Source: a virus
IMG/VR virus record: IMGVR_UViG_3300037851_000865
Location: 93,232 to 157,231 of that record
Strand: one strand, 5' to 3'
Length of the DNA: 64,000 bases
The position numbers and the translations under genes were made by a program. Below the pieces are notes generated by a model that was not told the DNA's origin, ran no database searches, and worked only from the letters and a program-made list of their open reading frames with translations. Every line of letters begins with the position of its first letter. Position 1 is the first letter of the stretch. Positions 1 to 8,671 of the stretch are shown in pieces.

Positions 1-286
1 CGGTGAGATTTTTTACAAGCTACCTCTTCAGAAGTGGGCAGAAGTGCTTCACAACTGGTACATGAGGATGGAAGGCAAGGCCGATATCTACGTGAAATAC
101 GGCCGAATGAGCGTGCGCGATGCACAGCTAAAAGAAACAGAAAAGAAGCTCCAAGGCGAGCTTCTGACCAAGGCTAGGAGTATCGAGCAGCGTTCGATGT
201 ATATTTACCCTCTGAAGAACATCATCCGGGACACGTCCAACGGTGCGGACCTGAGGAGCCGGATACTCGCCTTTCTGAGTGCGTAA
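1..286 (+). CDS. hypothetical protein, 5'-truncated
   Basis: Frame open from the window edge; stop overlaps the next start (TAATG). Confidence 0.7.
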   Translation, partial: GEIFYKLPLQKWAEVLHNWYMRMEGKADIYVKYGRMSVRDAQLKETEKKLQGELLTKARSIEQRSMYIYPLKNIIRDTSNGADLRSRILAFLSA

Positions 287-633
287 TGACCAAACGAACC
301 AATCCAGCCTACGCAACACTCGCCTATCGCAGAGCAATCGTTCACGCGATGGTGACCCACCTGCGGGAAGAGTACATGGCTTTGAGTAGCTCGAGCCCCG
401 CGAAAGAGATGTTCTCGGAGGACGTCTTCCGAGAAGATTCTCAGGTTCCCACAGAAGCCATTCAACAAGTAATCGAGGAACTAGAACAAGAAGGGGAGCA
501 TCTGCGTTTGGAGCTCGCCAAGTTCAAGTTCGACAAACAAGAAAGTAGCGCACATGGGCTCCTCAGCAGCACGAAGGAACAAGAAGTTGGTCGCGAGGGA
601 AATCGCAAAGGCCGCAATCGCCGAGGCCGGTAA
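286..633 (+). CDS. hypothetical protein
   Basis: Translationally coupled ORF, helical composition. Confidence 0.7.
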   Translation: MTKRTNPAYATLAYRRAIVHAMVTHLREEYMALSSSSPAKEMFSEDVFREDSQVPTEAIQQVIEELEQEGEHLRLELAKFKFDKQESSAHGLLSSTKEQEVGREGNRKGRNRRGR

Positions 634-1084
634 GGCTGAGACTGTCACCGACGACAGTGCGATGGTGTCTCGCGGAGAGGTCCGCAGGGCGTTTGCTCAG
701 GTTGATGGCCACATCCAAGGCTTGGCCAAGATGTTCAACCACAACGGGCAGGTCGTGCAGCAGGGCTTTCTGAGCAACGACGTCTGGTTCGAGACCCTTC
801 GCCTCATCACGTTCGATGCCGTCAAGACACTCACGATTCTGTGCGAACAGGCTGGTGTCGTTCCTGACGTCAAGCTGAAAGACGGTGCCGTAGACATGGC
901 GGGCTACTGGGAGACTGCGCACGCAAACGTGCAGGCCTCGATGGCACAGCAAGCCAAGCTTCGAGCAGAGCAGCCTCAGGAACCCGTGGTCGCCGCACCT
1001 GGTCCAGATGACGAGGTGCTAGAGTTCGGAGGAGACTTCAACCCCGTAGAGGAGGAGAGTACCGATGCCGTCCAAGCGCTATAA
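554..1084 (+). CDS. hypothetical protein
   Basis: 176 aa ORF in operon, acidic tail. Confidence 0.7.
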   Translation: MGSSAARRNKKLVAREIAKAAIAEAGKAETVTDDSAMVSRGEVRRAFAQVDGHIQGLAKMFNHNGQVVQQGFLSNDVWFETLRLITFDAVKTLTILCEQAGVVPDVKLKDGAVDMAGYWETAHANVQASMAQQAKLRAEQPQEPVVAAPGPDDEVLEFGGDFNPVEEESTDAVQAL

Positions 1085-1262
1085 GACAGCCAAGCAGCTC
1101 CAGAGTGGAGTGCAAATCATCAAGGAGTCGGCGACAGGCAGCATGCGACAGCTGCGTTGTCCGAAGTGCCACAACCTAGCGACCGCTCGAAGTAACCACC
1201 AGGGGCAGTCACGTATCATCTGCGGACACTGTGGTGCGCAGTTCGGCGTGCAGAGGATGTGA
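1065..1262 (+). CDS. small zinc-ribbon protein
   Basis: CPKC...CGHC; GGAG upstream. Confidence 0.7.
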   Translation: MPSKRYKTAKQLQSGVQIIKESATGSMRQLRCPKCHNLATARSNHQGQSRIICGHCGAQFGVQRM

Positions 1263-1498
1263 TGAAGCTGTCCGTCAACATGTACACTGACGACCTGCAG
1301 GACCCCATTGCTGAAGAGCTCCTGCAGCGTGACCGTTCTGGAGTCGAGGCTGCCGTAGACGCCGAGCTCGAGCGCTTCAGCGACTTCTGCACCAAGCAGC
1401 TTGGAGAACCTCTGGTGCCCCCTGAGCGTGCCATCATCAAAACCTTCCTCGGCTGGAAGCTCGGTCTGGCCAACGTGAAAGAAAAGAATGCCCCGTAA
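1259..1498 (+). CDS. hypothetical protein
   Basis: Overlapping start/stop coupling. Confidence 0.65.
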   Translation: MMKLSVNMYTDDLQDPIAEELLQRDRSGVEAAVDAELERFSDFCTKQLGEPLVPPERAIIKTFLGWKLGLANVKEKNAP

Positions 1499-1772
1499 AG
1501 CCGTCGTCGAGTGCAAGTGCGCTCGTTGTTCAACTATTTGGTACGAGCCCGCTGACTCCCCTTCCAAAGAGTCTGCAGCTTCTGTTGTCTTCACCGGCGA
1601 GGACCCGGTGAGTGTCGACTTCGACCTGTTGTGTGCTCGGTGCGCCAGAGCAGTCCGAAATTACATCGGAAGCATTCTATGTGAACCCAAGGCTAAAAAA
1701 GACGGGGAGGAAGAGGAGGAGCCTGTTGCGGCCCCTCCCCCTCCACCGGTCAAGCGTGCTGGTGCAGCTTGA
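1488..1772 (+). CDS. Cys-rich putative Zn-binding protein
   Basis: CARC twice; Glu/Pro-rich tail. Confidence 0.65.
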   Translation: MPRKAVVECKCARCSTIWYEPADSPSKESAASVVFTGEDPVSVDFDLLCARCARAVRNYIGSILCEPKAKKDGEEEEEPVAAPPPPPVKRAGAA

Positions 1773-2406
1773 TGACCTCGCCCATGGTGGCCAGCCCTTT
1801 GGACTTCCTCGCCGCCTGGGCTCTCGTCGGATACGTGACGTAGAGCTCAAGACCTGTCCAGGACACCAGCATCACTGCCCCATCTGCCCCATGCACGCGG
1901 AATGCGGCTCCGGGCAGCAGGGTGAGCAGCCCCTTTGTCTGGTCTTTCTCCAAGTGCAGGGGTTCCACCCCTGCTGTCTGGACCGTCCCCGTAACACCGA
2001 CCAGCTCTAGGTACTTGCGGATTACTCGCTCCTTTCCGGGCGAGTACTCCTCCGTATCCGTCGCGAAGTCTGTGGTGAAGAGCTCCACAGGCCCACAGGA
2101 CAGGTCCAGATGGACCAGCGCAGGGCCGTAGTATCGGCCTTGGCGCTCCCCCGCCAGGCTCTTTCGTACCTGGAGGAGGAGGCTCTTGGGAGCAGGCAGA
2201 AGGACAGGCTTACCGTCCTTCTCCGACAGCCGCGCAGCTGCCAACGTCAGAGCGTTCGCCGATTCTCCCTGAAAGGGGAGCGCGAGATTGCCGTCGACCG
2301 GCAGGTGAAAGGAGCCAGCATAGATGCCAGGCCCCTTCTTCCCGCTGGTCACTACCGCCAACTGGCTGTCGCTCTTGTTCTCTCCCGTAACTCGAAATAG
2401 ACGCAT
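1750..2406 (-). CDS. hypothetical protein
   Basis: AAGGAG RBS and a variant phage promoter at 2453-2479. Confidence 0.7.
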   Translation of the reverse strand: MRLFRVTGENKSDSQLAVVTSGKKGPGIYAGSFHLPVDGNLALPFQGESANALTLAAARLSEKDGKPVLLPAPKSLLLQVRKSLAGERQGRYYGPALVHLDLSCGPVELFTTDFATDTEEYSPGKERVIRKYLELVGVTGTVQTAGVEPLHLEKDQTKGLLTLLPGAAFRVHGADGAVMLVSWTGLELYVTYPTRAQAARKSKGLATMGEVIKLHQHA

Positions 2407-2485
2407 GTTGTTCTCCTTCTGAGATGATGTGACGGTTCCCCCGTCACAGTTCTTATCCCAGAAAAAGAACAGCTATTTCTTACGC

Positions 2486-2752
2486 TTAGGCTGCGGCTAC
2501 GGTATTGAACGTGGCGCGCTCGCAGGCGGACATTGCCAGAGCAAGCGTGTCCGCGAGCTCGGGGCGTTCTGCCTTCAACGAACGGAGGGTGTCCAGGGCG
2601 ACCTGCGCCCCCTCGGGACTGTGTACTTCCAGGCCCTTGAGGGTACGGGCTGCCACAGACTGTCCGTCACGCTCAAGAGCGTCGCGGACAACCTCAAGGC
2701 TGATTGCGGCGTTTTCGATGTACATGGGGATACCTGTGGGTTGGAGGTTCAT
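2486..2752 (-). CDS. hypothetical protein
   Basis: 88 aa ORF. Confidence 0.55.
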   Translation of the reverse strand: MNLQPTGIPMYIENAAISLEVVRDALERDGQSVAARTLKGLEVHSPEGAQVALDTLRSLKAERPELADTLALAMSACERATFNTVAAA

Positions 2753-2891
2753 CTCAGTTGTACGGAGTGTGGCTTCTATTCTTTAGTCTTACAAGCAAAA
2801 AACAAGCACAAGTACAATAAAGCGACATCTGAGGCTAAGAAGAAACCGCCGGGAGGGCGGCGCGGGAGGCTTTCGCCCCCCGCCTAGTTCC

Positions 2892-3113
2892 TCAGAGGAA
2901 CCCCTTCTTCTTGAACAGCGCGTACGCCGTCAAGGCGCCCGCCCCTGCTGCAGCGCCCTTGATGAAGGGGCTGACAACCTCGCTGTAGACGATTGTTCCG
3001 CCCACAAGGGCGCCGCTCTTTGCGGCGTCCAGCCAACTGCGTTCTTCAGGCTGGGTGCCTTCGCCTGCTGCGGGGACGGGTGCGGTGTGCTGTGCTTGGC
3101 TCTGGTTCTGCAT
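2892..3113 (-). CDS. small membrane-associated protein
   Basis: Likely start MQNQSQ after promoter 3166-3192; Gly/Ala hydrophobic helices; hairpin terminator downstream. Confidence 0.65.
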   Translation of the reverse strand: MQNQSQAQHTAPVPAAGEGTQPEERSWLDAAKSGALVGGTIVYSEVVSPFIKGAAAGAGALTAYALFKKKGFL

Positions 3114-3165
3114 TGTCTTGTTCTTTCTTTTGTTGGTTGCGCGGGTATCTCTCCGCTCAATATTC

Positions 3166-3192
3166 TTATCCCCGTTTCCCGGGGTTTTTTGC
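3166..3192 (-). promoter_or_regulatory. phage promoter GCAA-N16-GGGATAA
   Basis: Exact match to the recurring bipartite motif, upstream of a gene start. Confidence 0.8.
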
Positions 3193-3223
3193 GCGGACAT
3201 ATATCCAAGGTCGTCGATAGTGT

Positions 3224-3442
3224 TCATGATGCCTCGATGTAGCGGCCTGCCTGAGCCGCCAGCATGAAGTGGTTCTTTTGGTCCTCAGGCAAGGACTCAA
3301 TGTATTTGTCTGGCAGGTAAACTTGCACCGGTCGGCAGTTGTACTTCTTGCTTCGTGCGTTACGTACCTTCTGCTCTTTATGTTTTCGCATCGCTGTTGT
3401 GACGATGGCGGCAGTCACGAAGACGGTTATTGGGTCGAGCAT
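3224..3442 (-). CDS. small protein with N-terminal membrane anchor
   Basis: Hydrophobic N-terminus; AAGGAG RBS. Confidence 0.65.
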   Translation of the reverse strand: MLDPITVFVTAAIVTTAMRKHKEQKVRNARSKKYNCRPVQVYLPDKYIESLPEDQKNHFMLAAQAGRYIEAS

Positions 3443-3541
3443 ATTTCACTCCTTGCGGGTGGCTGGTAGTTGGAGAGAGGCGCCTCAGAACTAGGAGAAC
3501 GCAACAACAGGAAAGGAGACCGGCACCTCTCTCCGCTATTC

Positions 3542-3568
3542 TTATGCCCGCTATCGCCCGGTATTTGC
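3542..3568 (-). promoter_or_regulatory. phage promoter GCAA-N16-GGCATAA
   Basis: Exact motif match; back-to-back with TAGAGT (3576-3581) of the divergent gene. Confidence 0.8.
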
Positions 3569-3587
3569 GCCGTGGTAGAGTGTTCCC

Positions 3588-6500
3588 ATGGTCTACACGA
3601 GCGACATGATTGCCGCCCAAACCGGCGCGTTTCAGCAGCAGTCGATGATGCAGATGCAGCACGCCGGGATGATTTCTCAGTTTGCAGGTATGCGCGGCTC
3701 TGCGTCGCCTGGTTCGCAGATGGCTGGCGGCCTAGCTGGCTCTGCCATAAACACAGCAGCTGCTGTAGGTGCCCCTCTCATGTCAGCCGGTATGATGATG
3801 GCCGGCCTAGACCCTTTTTCTATGGGCCTAAAAGGTGCCGTAGGAGGCTTTGGGCGAGCCGGTGTGATGGGAGCAGTAGGCGGGGGCTTGGCTGCTGCGG
3901 CTCTTCCGATGGCAGGCTTGATGGGTGCTCAGTACGTGGGCGGCCAGATGTTCACCGGCATGCAGCAGCAGCAGATGCTGAACCAACAGCTCGGGTCTAG
4001 CTTCGGACACATGAACTCATACGGCGGCCGAGGGTTCACGCACGGAGAGTCACACAACATCGGCACATACCTGCGAGAGATGAGTGGGCATAGAGGCCCT
4101 GGAGGTGAATACGCCTCCATGGACGAAATGGGCCGACTAGCCGCCAACATGGGCAGAATGGGCATGGCGCAAGGGGTTAAAGACGCGAAGGACTTCAAAG
4201 AGAAGTTCACGCAGATGATGAAGACCGTACGCTCCATTGCAGAGGACTTCAGTACATCCCTTGAGGAAGCTCAGAAAATCATGGGCTCAATGCGAGGGGC
4301 AGGTATCTTCGGCACAGGTAACCAAAAAGCGTTCGGCGGCATGATGCGCCAAACTGCTGTTGGCGCTGGCGTGAGCATGGATGAGGCTTCTCAGATGGCT
4401 AATGTGGGGTCTCAGATTGCTCGTTCTATTGGCGGGCGAGGTAGGTCAGGTGCAGCTAGCGGCTTGAACACTCTTGGTACTGTGGGCGGCGCCATGAAGG
4501 CAGGGGTTCTGTCCGAAGAAGACATCTATAACGCAACAGGCCTTACTGGTGCCGAAGGCCGGCAGGCTATGGCTACCAACATGATGCAGCGTGATGCGTC
4601 CTTTCTTAAAGGAAGTAGAGGACGACAGCTTTTGGCCGCTATCGCACAGAAGGACGGCACCGTTGATATGGAGGCGGTTCGTAAAATACAGTCAGGCGAG
4701 GTGAGTGTTGAGGACACAATCGCCATGAGAGGCGACCACCTCAATACGATGTCACGCGCTAACTTCATCCGTAACGAGGGACGTCTTCGAGGAGAGGCGC
4801 TGCAGGCCTTTGGCGGTATGGCTTCTTCGTCAGCGCATCTTGGATGGCTCCGCAACAAGGGATATGACCCCGCAACCATGGATGACAAGGCAATGCTTGC
4901 CTTTCAGAAGCACACAGGCATGGACCGTGATGAGGCCGATGCCGAAATTAAAATGCTGAAGAACATGGACCGTATTCAGGATGTTCGAGAGGACAGCTTA
5001 AACGAAGACAAGGTTGTACGCGGCTTGCAGAAGCGCAACGAGACTGTCGGTATCTCTGGCGTAAAAAAGATGTTTGAAGATGCGCGCAAGAGCGTGCAGG
5101 ACAAAATACAGCAGCTAGGCAGTGACATGCTCGATGAAGCCACCGACACCGTTGAAGGTGCTATCAACTTCCTCACAGGTGAGTATGTGCGCAAGATAGA
5201 GACAGGTCTTAGCGGCTTTCAAAGAGAGGCGCTTCAAGGCACCGGCGACAGTAACTTCCTCAAAGAGAAGTTGGGCTTGTCGACAGCAATCGACGTAGAA
5301 GGCATGTCTAAGGACCTTGGATACAAGGCCGCCGTCAGCGAAGGCGGGCAGTTCAGCAACGTAGCGCTTGGAGACTTTGAGTTCCTGAGTGAAAGCGGGA
5401 GAGCGGAAGCTGTTGGAGGTATCTTCAACAGGTTTGAAGCATCCAAGCAGAAGGGCGGTATTCAGCAACTTATTGCTATGGAGAAGGACAGAGAGGCCTA
5501 CGGTGGGCGAGAGATTGATGCCGAGAAGGTGGGTAAGTACCTTGAGCGCGATGACGTGCTCGAACGTTCTACGCAGCTCGTTCGCGCGATGCAGAGCGGA
5601 GACAAGGACGCCTTAAAAGCTGCAGCCAAGGCGCAGGCCGATGCGTTCAAGGAGATGGAAGGCAAAGAAGGCGTATCAAAGGAGGACCTGAACGCGCAGC
5701 GTCAAATGGCTGCATACGCGGCCTTCCAGGCAGGCGAGGGAGACACGTTCTCGTACACCAAGGAAGAGTTGTCCGGTGTGGGGCAGGCCATGAAAACCAC
5801 AGTAGGAATGCAAGACCTACGGCAGCTTCGTTCTACTGCTTCTCGTTTCCACGATGAGCTGTCCAGTGTCTACAAGATGTCAGACCAGCAACTCAAAGAC
5901 CTTGGTCCCATGGGGGAGCATCTCCGTAAGATAAAGTCTTCGTACACCAACCTTGTCGCCGAGGATGGCTCTAAAGAGAGTATCGAGAAGCAGCGTCAAG
6001 CAGCTCTTACGGTCATGCAGTCTATGGGCGCTATGCGCTCTGACATGGAGACTGCATCAAAGGAGGATTTGGAGAAGATGGCGGCTACGGGGTATAGACC
6101 GGTAGCTGCTATGGCCAGCAGAGAGGCTCGAGAAGACGCCGCTCTTAAACGAGGATTTGACTCCAACAAGGCAGGCGCGGGGTTGCAGGCAACTGTCGGG
6201 CTTATGGGGCTGGATATCAACCTAGAGACAGCCGCCAAGCTGAAGAAGTCCGGCAAGAGCGGCGATGACCTGATAAAGGCGCTAGAAGAAGAAACCGGAA
6301 TGGTGTTTGACGAGATTCAAGGCAAGGACCGTGCTGCGCTGAAAGATGCTCTTAGCGGCGCTATGAAGGGCGGCAAAGAAGGCCTAGAGGCTGTCGATAA
6401 GGCCCTCACAGGCGCTTCGCCTGCCGTGCGAAAAGCAGTAGAGGAGCAAACAAAGGCGCGTCAAGATTCAGGTGCGGCAGAGTCAGACCCCTCTTTCCGC

Positions 6501-6626
6501 AAACTCGACAGCGTAGACAAGGGTGTCCAGAAACTCATCGAAGTAACTAAGATGGTAGGTACAATGACTGCTGGTGAGCTGAAGAGCGCGTTTGCGAAGA
6601 AGGAAGGGGAGGGGGGTAATACGTGA
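3588..6626 (+). CDS. tape-measure-like virion protein
   Basis: 1012 aa, Ala/Gly/Met-rich and helical, with an N-terminal Gly-zipper hydrophobic stretch; precedes tail/baseplate-like genes. Confidence 0.6.
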   Translation: MVYTSDMIAAQTGAFQQQSMMQMQHAGMISQFAGMRGSASPGSQMAGGLAGSAINTAAAVGAPLMSAGMMMAGLDPFSMGLKGAVGGFGRAGVMGAVGGGLAAAALPMAGLMGAQYVGGQMFTGMQQQQMLNQQLGSSFGHMNSYGGRGFTHGESHNIGTYLREMSGHRGPGGEYASMDEMGRLAANMGRMGMAQGVKDAKDFKEKFTQMMKTVRSIAEDFSTSLEEAQKIMGSMRGAGIFGTGNQKAFGGMMRQTAVGAGVSMDEASQMANVGSQIARSIGGRGRSGAASGLNTLGTVGGAMKAGVLSEEDIYNATGLTGAEGRQAMATNMMQRDASFLKGSRGRQLLAAIAQKDGTVDMEAVRKIQSGEVSVEDTIAMRGDHLNTMSRANFIRNEGRLRGEALQAFGGMASSSAHLGWLRNKGYDPATMDDKAMLAFQKHTGMDRDEADAEIKMLKNMDRIQDVREDSLNEDKVVRGLQKRNETVGISGVKKMFEDARKSVQDKIQQLGSDMLDEATDTVEGAINFLTGEYVRKIETGLSGFQREALQGTGDSNFLKEKLGLSTAIDVEGMSKDLGYKAAVSEGGQFSNVALGDFEFLSESGRAEAVGGIFNRFEASKQKGGIQQLIAMEKDREAYGGREIDAEKVGKYLERDDVLERSTQLVRAMQSGDKDALKAAAKAQADAFKEMEGKEGVSKEDLNAQRQMAAYAAFQAGEGDTFSYTKEELSGVGQAMKTTVGMQDLRQLRSTASRFHDELSSVYKMSDQQLKDLGPMGEHLRKIKSSYTNLVAEDGSKESIEKQRQAALTVMQSMGAMRSDMETASKEDLEKMAATGYRPVAAMASREAREDAALKRGFDSNKAGAGLQATVGLMGLDINLETAAKLKKSGKSGDDLIKALEEETGMVFDEIQGKDRAALKDALSGAMKGGKEGLEAVDKALTGASPAVRKAVEEQTKARQDSGAAESDPSFRKLDSVDKGVQKLIEVTKMVGTMTAGELKSAFAKKEGEGGNT

Positions 6627-6895
6627 AATCTCTACTATTTCAAAAGGACCAAACTCCGTTTATCGAGCCTACAGGCTGTGGGGCTTTGCCCTGCCGCGTA
6701 GAGGTGCCGGTCACTATTCGAAGGGAAGGCCGACTGTACCGCTTTGTTCTTCGAGACAAGGTCGTACCAGAGGACCCATACGTGAACTTGGTCAAAGCCA
6801 TCGCTTTCGCCATTCAGACCAACGAGCCCTACTCGGGTAACCTTCCTTCGCGTGCCGTGAAGGATTTCATGGTACGAAACAACGTCATCATCTGA
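6623..6895 (+). CDS. hypothetical protein
   Basis: GTGA overlap with the upstream gene. Confidence 0.65.
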   Translation: MKSLLFQKDQTPFIEPTGCGALPCRVEVPVTIRREGRLYRFVLRDKVVPEDPYVNLVKAIAFAIQTNEPYSGNLPSRAVKDFMVRNNVII

Positions 6896-6901
6896 GGTTG
6901 C

Positions 6902-8671
6902 ATGACCATCTTTATCGAGCTCTCCACTTCCCCGATTGAGCAGCAGTTCAAGACTGCGGCCCAGAATCTCCTGGGCACAGATACTACCAGTGCTCGTCGT
7001 GCGGGCGCTGAGTCTGCTCGCCGTCCTGCGCGTGGCATAGAAATCAAGGATGACACGTACGCCACTCTGAAGGTTATTCGTTCCGACGGCACGCCCATCC
7101 CCCTGGTGGATTCAGGCAGCGCAAACGGGCAGAACACAGATGGGTACACAAACTTCATGCTGCAGAGCGTCCAGGAGGACCGCATGGAGAAGCACCAAAT
7201 CATTGAGACGTTCGGTGCGTCGTACGTGTTCTTCTTCGGCGAGCAGCCGCGCTTTCTGAATATCTCAGCAGTGCTGCTAAACACCCTTGACTTCAATTGG
7301 GAAGCTGAGTGGTGGTCAAACTACAACACGTACCTGAGAGGCACCAAGTTGGTGGAAATGGGTGCTCGTTGCTACTTGTCGTATGACGACAGCATCGTTG
7401 AGGGCTACCTCATGAACGCAACTTGCGCGAAGACCGCGGACGCTCCGTACCACGTGCAGCTGCAGTTCCGCTTCTTCGTAACCAACTGCTACAACGTGTC
7501 GAACATTGGTAACGAGAATTACCCGCTACGCTACACAGCCCTTGTCCCTGACAACGTGAACCTGCGACAAGGCGATGCTGGTGAGCAGCTTGTCAGCACG
7601 CTCCAGGGCGGCCCGCTTATGAACGCCTTCGGCTACGGTTTGAAGGAGGCGTCTCGTCTTTCCAATACACTCATCAGCAACAACAAGCTCGGTGCGTCTA
7701 GGAGCATCAGTCAGCTAGTCCGTAACATGCCCCCGAGTTTTGCTGTGCCTCCAGAATACTATCCGCTTCTGGAATCCCGCGCGGACATTCGCAGTCTTGC
7801 ATACCGCTCCGGCAAACCTATTCGCGGTAAGTTTTCTGACAACACTGATGAGTACATAGGTGCCGTGTATGACTCTCTGCAAGGGCCTAACTATGTCGGA
7901 CAGGCTACCATCCGAAGCACGCAGAACACACAGGACTTGTTCTGGCAGGCAACCGCAGAGCTGTACCGCCGAGGCGCAAACATCAACAACCCTAGTACAC
8001 ATAGAGCGCTTGGTATCTGTCCCAATTTCGGTAACACGAATGGCGCAGGCGCCACTTTCAGCACTGTCGCTACCGCAGGCTTTGGCTTCAGCGCCAACGT
8101 CGGCGTAGGCCTACAGGCTGTTGCGGGAGGGGCCGTGAACACCCGCGCAAATACGGACGGCTTCTCTGCGTCTGCGTTCTCTGCGAGCTCCTTCACAGCC
8201 TCTGCACGCGCGGACAGTCTCGGGGTCATTTACGGACGCACAAGCAGCAAGACTGTCAAGTTCAGCAGCAAGACACAGAGGCTTGTCGAGACTGGTTTCG
8301 ACTACTCGTACGGGTATGAGAGCACCTACGCGGTGGGCGCAGGTTTCGGCAAAGCAGGCTTTGGTGACTACGGCGGTAACGGCTTCGGTTCTTGTAACCG
8401 GTTCGGCGACCCTGGTTTCGAGCGTCCAGACAACTTCTCCTTTGAGGGCGTGGTTGATGCAGAAGCATCGTTCACACGCTTCACTCGCGTACGCACAGAC
8501 CGTACGGCACTGACGCGCGGTCAGATGGTAGGGCGAGGAGAGCTCTCTGGCGGGGCTTTTGTAGAGGTCAAAGGGAACATTAGCGCCTTTGCCCTCATCA
8601 GCGTAGAAGGGACGTTGAACCCCAAGGGTGACACAGAAGGGTTCTACTACTACGGGGAGCTCAGTGCCTGA
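6902..8671 (+). CDS. putative tail/baseplate structural protein
   Basis: N-terminal beta-rich region (QSVQEDRMEKHQIIETFG..FFFGEQPR) resembling tube-initiator/hub proteins; Gly/Phe-rich C-terminus; synteny. Confidence 0.5.
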   Translation: MTIFIELSTSPIEQQFKTAAQNLLGTDTTSARRAGAESARRPARGIEIKDDTYATLKVIRSDGTPIPLVDSGSANGQNTDGYTNFMLQSVQEDRMEKHQIIETFGASYVFFFGEQPRFLNISAVLLNTLDFNWEAEWWSNYNTYLRGTKLVEMGARCYLSYDDSIVEGYLMNATCAKTADAPYHVQLQFRFFVTNCYNVSNIGNENYPLRYTALVPDNVNLRQGDAGEQLVSTLQGGPLMNAFGYGLKEASRLSNTLISNNKLGASRSISQLVRNMPPSFAVPPEYYPLLESRADIRSLAYRSGKPIRGKFSDNTDEYIGAVYDSLQGPNYVGQATIRSTQNTQDLFWQATAELYRRGANINNPSTHRALGICPNFGNTNGAGATFSTVATAGFGFSANVGVGLQAVAGGAVNTRANTDGFSASAFSASSFTASARADSLGVIYGRTSSKTVKFSSKTQRLVETGFDYSYGYESTYAVGAGFGKAGFGDYGGNGFGSCNRFGDPGFERPDNFSFEGVVDAEASFTRFTRVRTDRTALTRGQMVGRGELSGGAFVEVKGNISAFALISVEGTLNPKGDTEGFYYYGELSA